Below are positions 62,178-64,000 of a stretch of DNA of 64,000 nucleotides, one piece after another. The DNA is taken from positions 37,199,731-37,263,730 of the forward strand of contig NC_083404.1 of assembly GCF_020745735.1 (NCBI RefSeq). The letters are read 5' to 3'. The notes beneath the pieces were generated by a model. The model was not told where the DNA came from, made no database searches, and saw nothing but the letters and a program-made list of their open reading frames with translations. A program made the position numbers and the translations under genes. Within the stretch, counting starts at the first letter, position 1. Every line of letters begins with the position of its first letter. The stretch comes from Hemiscyllium ocellatum (lineage: Eukaryota).

Positions 62178-62583
62178 CTATCCCAATAGGCGCAGTAATA
62201 AGTGGCAGCATCTTCCTTCACGATATCATTGATTATCAAAGTGCACACAGTGTTCTGCTTATCCGCTTTAAACCTGCTGCCGAATCCCCCATCCGGATTG
62301 ACCTTGCCGTCATAATAAAATATTCTGGAGGGCGCCTGACCCTCTCGGTGCTGGTACCAATGGACTACAGTGCTCCCGCTGTCTAGGGTACACTTAAATC
62401 TGACACTTCTACCGAGCTTGCTCACATATGACATCGGTGTCTGTGAGAAACATTCACCCAAACGCCCATCTGAAAAAAAAGAACAAAATTCGATTGAAAA
62501 CGATGATGAATAGTGGACTAACAAAACGCCTAAATAAATATGTGCGTACAAGATAAAACTAGCGCCACAATCACCCGGAACAT
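62178..62583 (-). CDS. TRGV: V gene segment E. Leader 62550-62583 MFRVIVALVLS(Y), V exon 62178-62469 GRLGECFSQTP...FKC...VHWYQH...DAATYYCAYWDS
   Basis: Intact spliced ORF with 80-nt intron (GTACGC...TTTTCAG); YYCAYW end. Confidence 0.93.
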
Positions 62584-62741
62584 CGTGCAATGACTGGCTC
62601 GCTCACTCGATACGAGGTTAATGTTGTTCAAGGTTATGTCTATAAAGGAGGCGAGGTGTCTTCCGCCTCTTTCCCCCAAAGGCGGGAATTTCCTTTCTCT
62701 GCATAAATTGAACCCGCCCACTTTAAAGAAAACTGCTGAAG

Positions 62742-62977
62742 ATTAGATTACTTCGGCCCAACACCGACCCGCAACCCCCCCCCCCCATTTACCTTTTCAC
62801 TTAACACTACGGGCAATTTAGCGTGGCCAATTCACCCACATCTTTAGACTGTGGGAGAAAACCGGAACAAGCCCACGCAGACACGGGGAGAACGTGTCAG
62901 TCGCCTGAGGTGGGAATTGAACCCGGATCTCTGGCGCGAAAAGGCAGCAGTGCGAACCACTGTGCACCGTGCCGCCC
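62742..62977 (-). mobile_element. HE1-like SINE with internal deletions
   Basis: Head and core match other copies. Confidence 0.85.
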
Positions 62978-63449
62978 CCAACGGAACTCAACGGCTCAGG
63001 CGGCAACCATTGTGAGAAAGCAAGCAAACGCTTCAAGTCGAGAAGACTCTTCATCAGAGCGGTCACTTCATGTTAACTTGCTTCCCCTCCATGGACGCTG
63101 TGATCTCCAACATTTCTTAGTTTCAGTACAGATTCCAGCATCTGCCGTACATTGCTCCTTGCCGAGTTTAATGCCTCTTTATAAAATGTGAGAACACTTA
63201 CTCTCTGTCTTTAATTGTTCCTTGTTTACTTCTTTTGGTATCACAGACCACGGAAAGTGTTAATTCAAAATTCCGTTTAGGATTGTAACTTTTAAACAAG
63301 CTGTTCCGAATTCATCTGCTCGCTCAGTCCAGTCCAGCCTGGGAGATGTGTACAGTTAGACTGGGGACAGTAGTGAGTGGAGTGGTGAGGGTGAGGAGTG
63401 AAGCAGACACAACTGTGGCAATAGGATTAGCAAATTCGCTGCACTTGCT

Positions 63450-64000
63450 CGATGGTTAGATTCCCGAAATATCGGCAAAATAGGTGCTCTGAACGAATTA
63501 CTTTAGTTATTGTTTACTATCCTGCTTATTCCAGTGGGAAATCCACGGCAAGCATTGCAAAGATCTACATTCGGGGTACAGGTTGTCATTCACTAATGGG
63601 CGAAGTTTATCGGCCACCAGTAATAACATCACGGCGGGGTGAGCAAAAAAACACAAAGAAATAATTGATGCATGTAAAAGTAGTACGGCGATTATCATGG
63701 GAGGATTTTAATCTGGATATTCATCAGTCAAACCAAGTCGGTCAAGGCAGTCTTGAGGAGGCGTTCATGGTATGTATCCACGGTAATTTCCTGAACAGTA
63801 CCTAACGGAACTTACGAGGGAGAAAGCTTCTAGATTGGGTCATAGAGCCGTAGACATGTACATCATGGAAACAGACCCTTCGGTCCAACCCGTCCATGCT
63901 GACCAAATATCCCAACCCAATCTAGTCCCACCTGCCAGCACCTGGCCCATATCCCTCCAAACCCTTCCTATTCATATACCCATCAAAATGACTTTTACAT
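63450..64000. mobile_element. CR1 APE fragment (+, to about 63840) abutting a CR1 3' end (-, 63842 to window end)
   Basis: GVVYRPP and IIMGGFNL motifs; CR1 3' UTR on the minus strand. Confidence 0.8.

Noticed and set aside
1987-62583. Alternative identity as an Ig lambda-type light chain or TCR alpha locus (also V23/J12)
   Set aside because: YYCAxW V ends, WxKIFG/YVKVFG Js, few Js and translocon layout fit TRG; shark IgL genes are organised in V-J-C clusters
1-64000. CRISPR arrays, rRNA, tRNA genes, prokaryotic systems
   Set aside because: Vertebrate DNA; recurring repeats are retroelement ends and tRNA-like sequences are SINE heads

Overview
This window is eukaryotic DNA from a cartilaginous fish (shark-type HE1/V-SINE, Deu-domain SINE and HER1/CR1 repeats). 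It holds most of a germline T-cell receptor gamma (TRG) translocon on the minus strand. There are six V segments (five with intact leader plus V exon and a 23-bp-spacer RSS, one pseudogene with two in-frame stops) at about 62.2, 59.5, 39.5, 33, 19.3 and 12.7 kb. Four J segments with 12-bp-spacer RSS lie at 2.0-3.2 kb. I found no D segment and no C exon; C should lie beyond coordinate 1. Most of the remaining sequence is retroelements: CR1, L2-like, Rex1/Babar and Tx1 LINEs, a TSD-bounded L1 with nested insertions, SINEs, solo LTRs, and Penelope-like elements carrying minimal hammerhead ribozyme motifs. The most unusual observations are: a J-proximal V whose germline end is YHCAV instead of the gamma-type YYCAxW; an atypical LQFGSG J; a J with a germline in-frame stop; an antisense exon-like ORF encoding a signal-anchor peptide; and several DNA-repair or rearrangement scars. 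V letters (A-E) and J numbers (1-4) are my own positional labels. Repeat boundaries are approximate unless a TSD is quoted.
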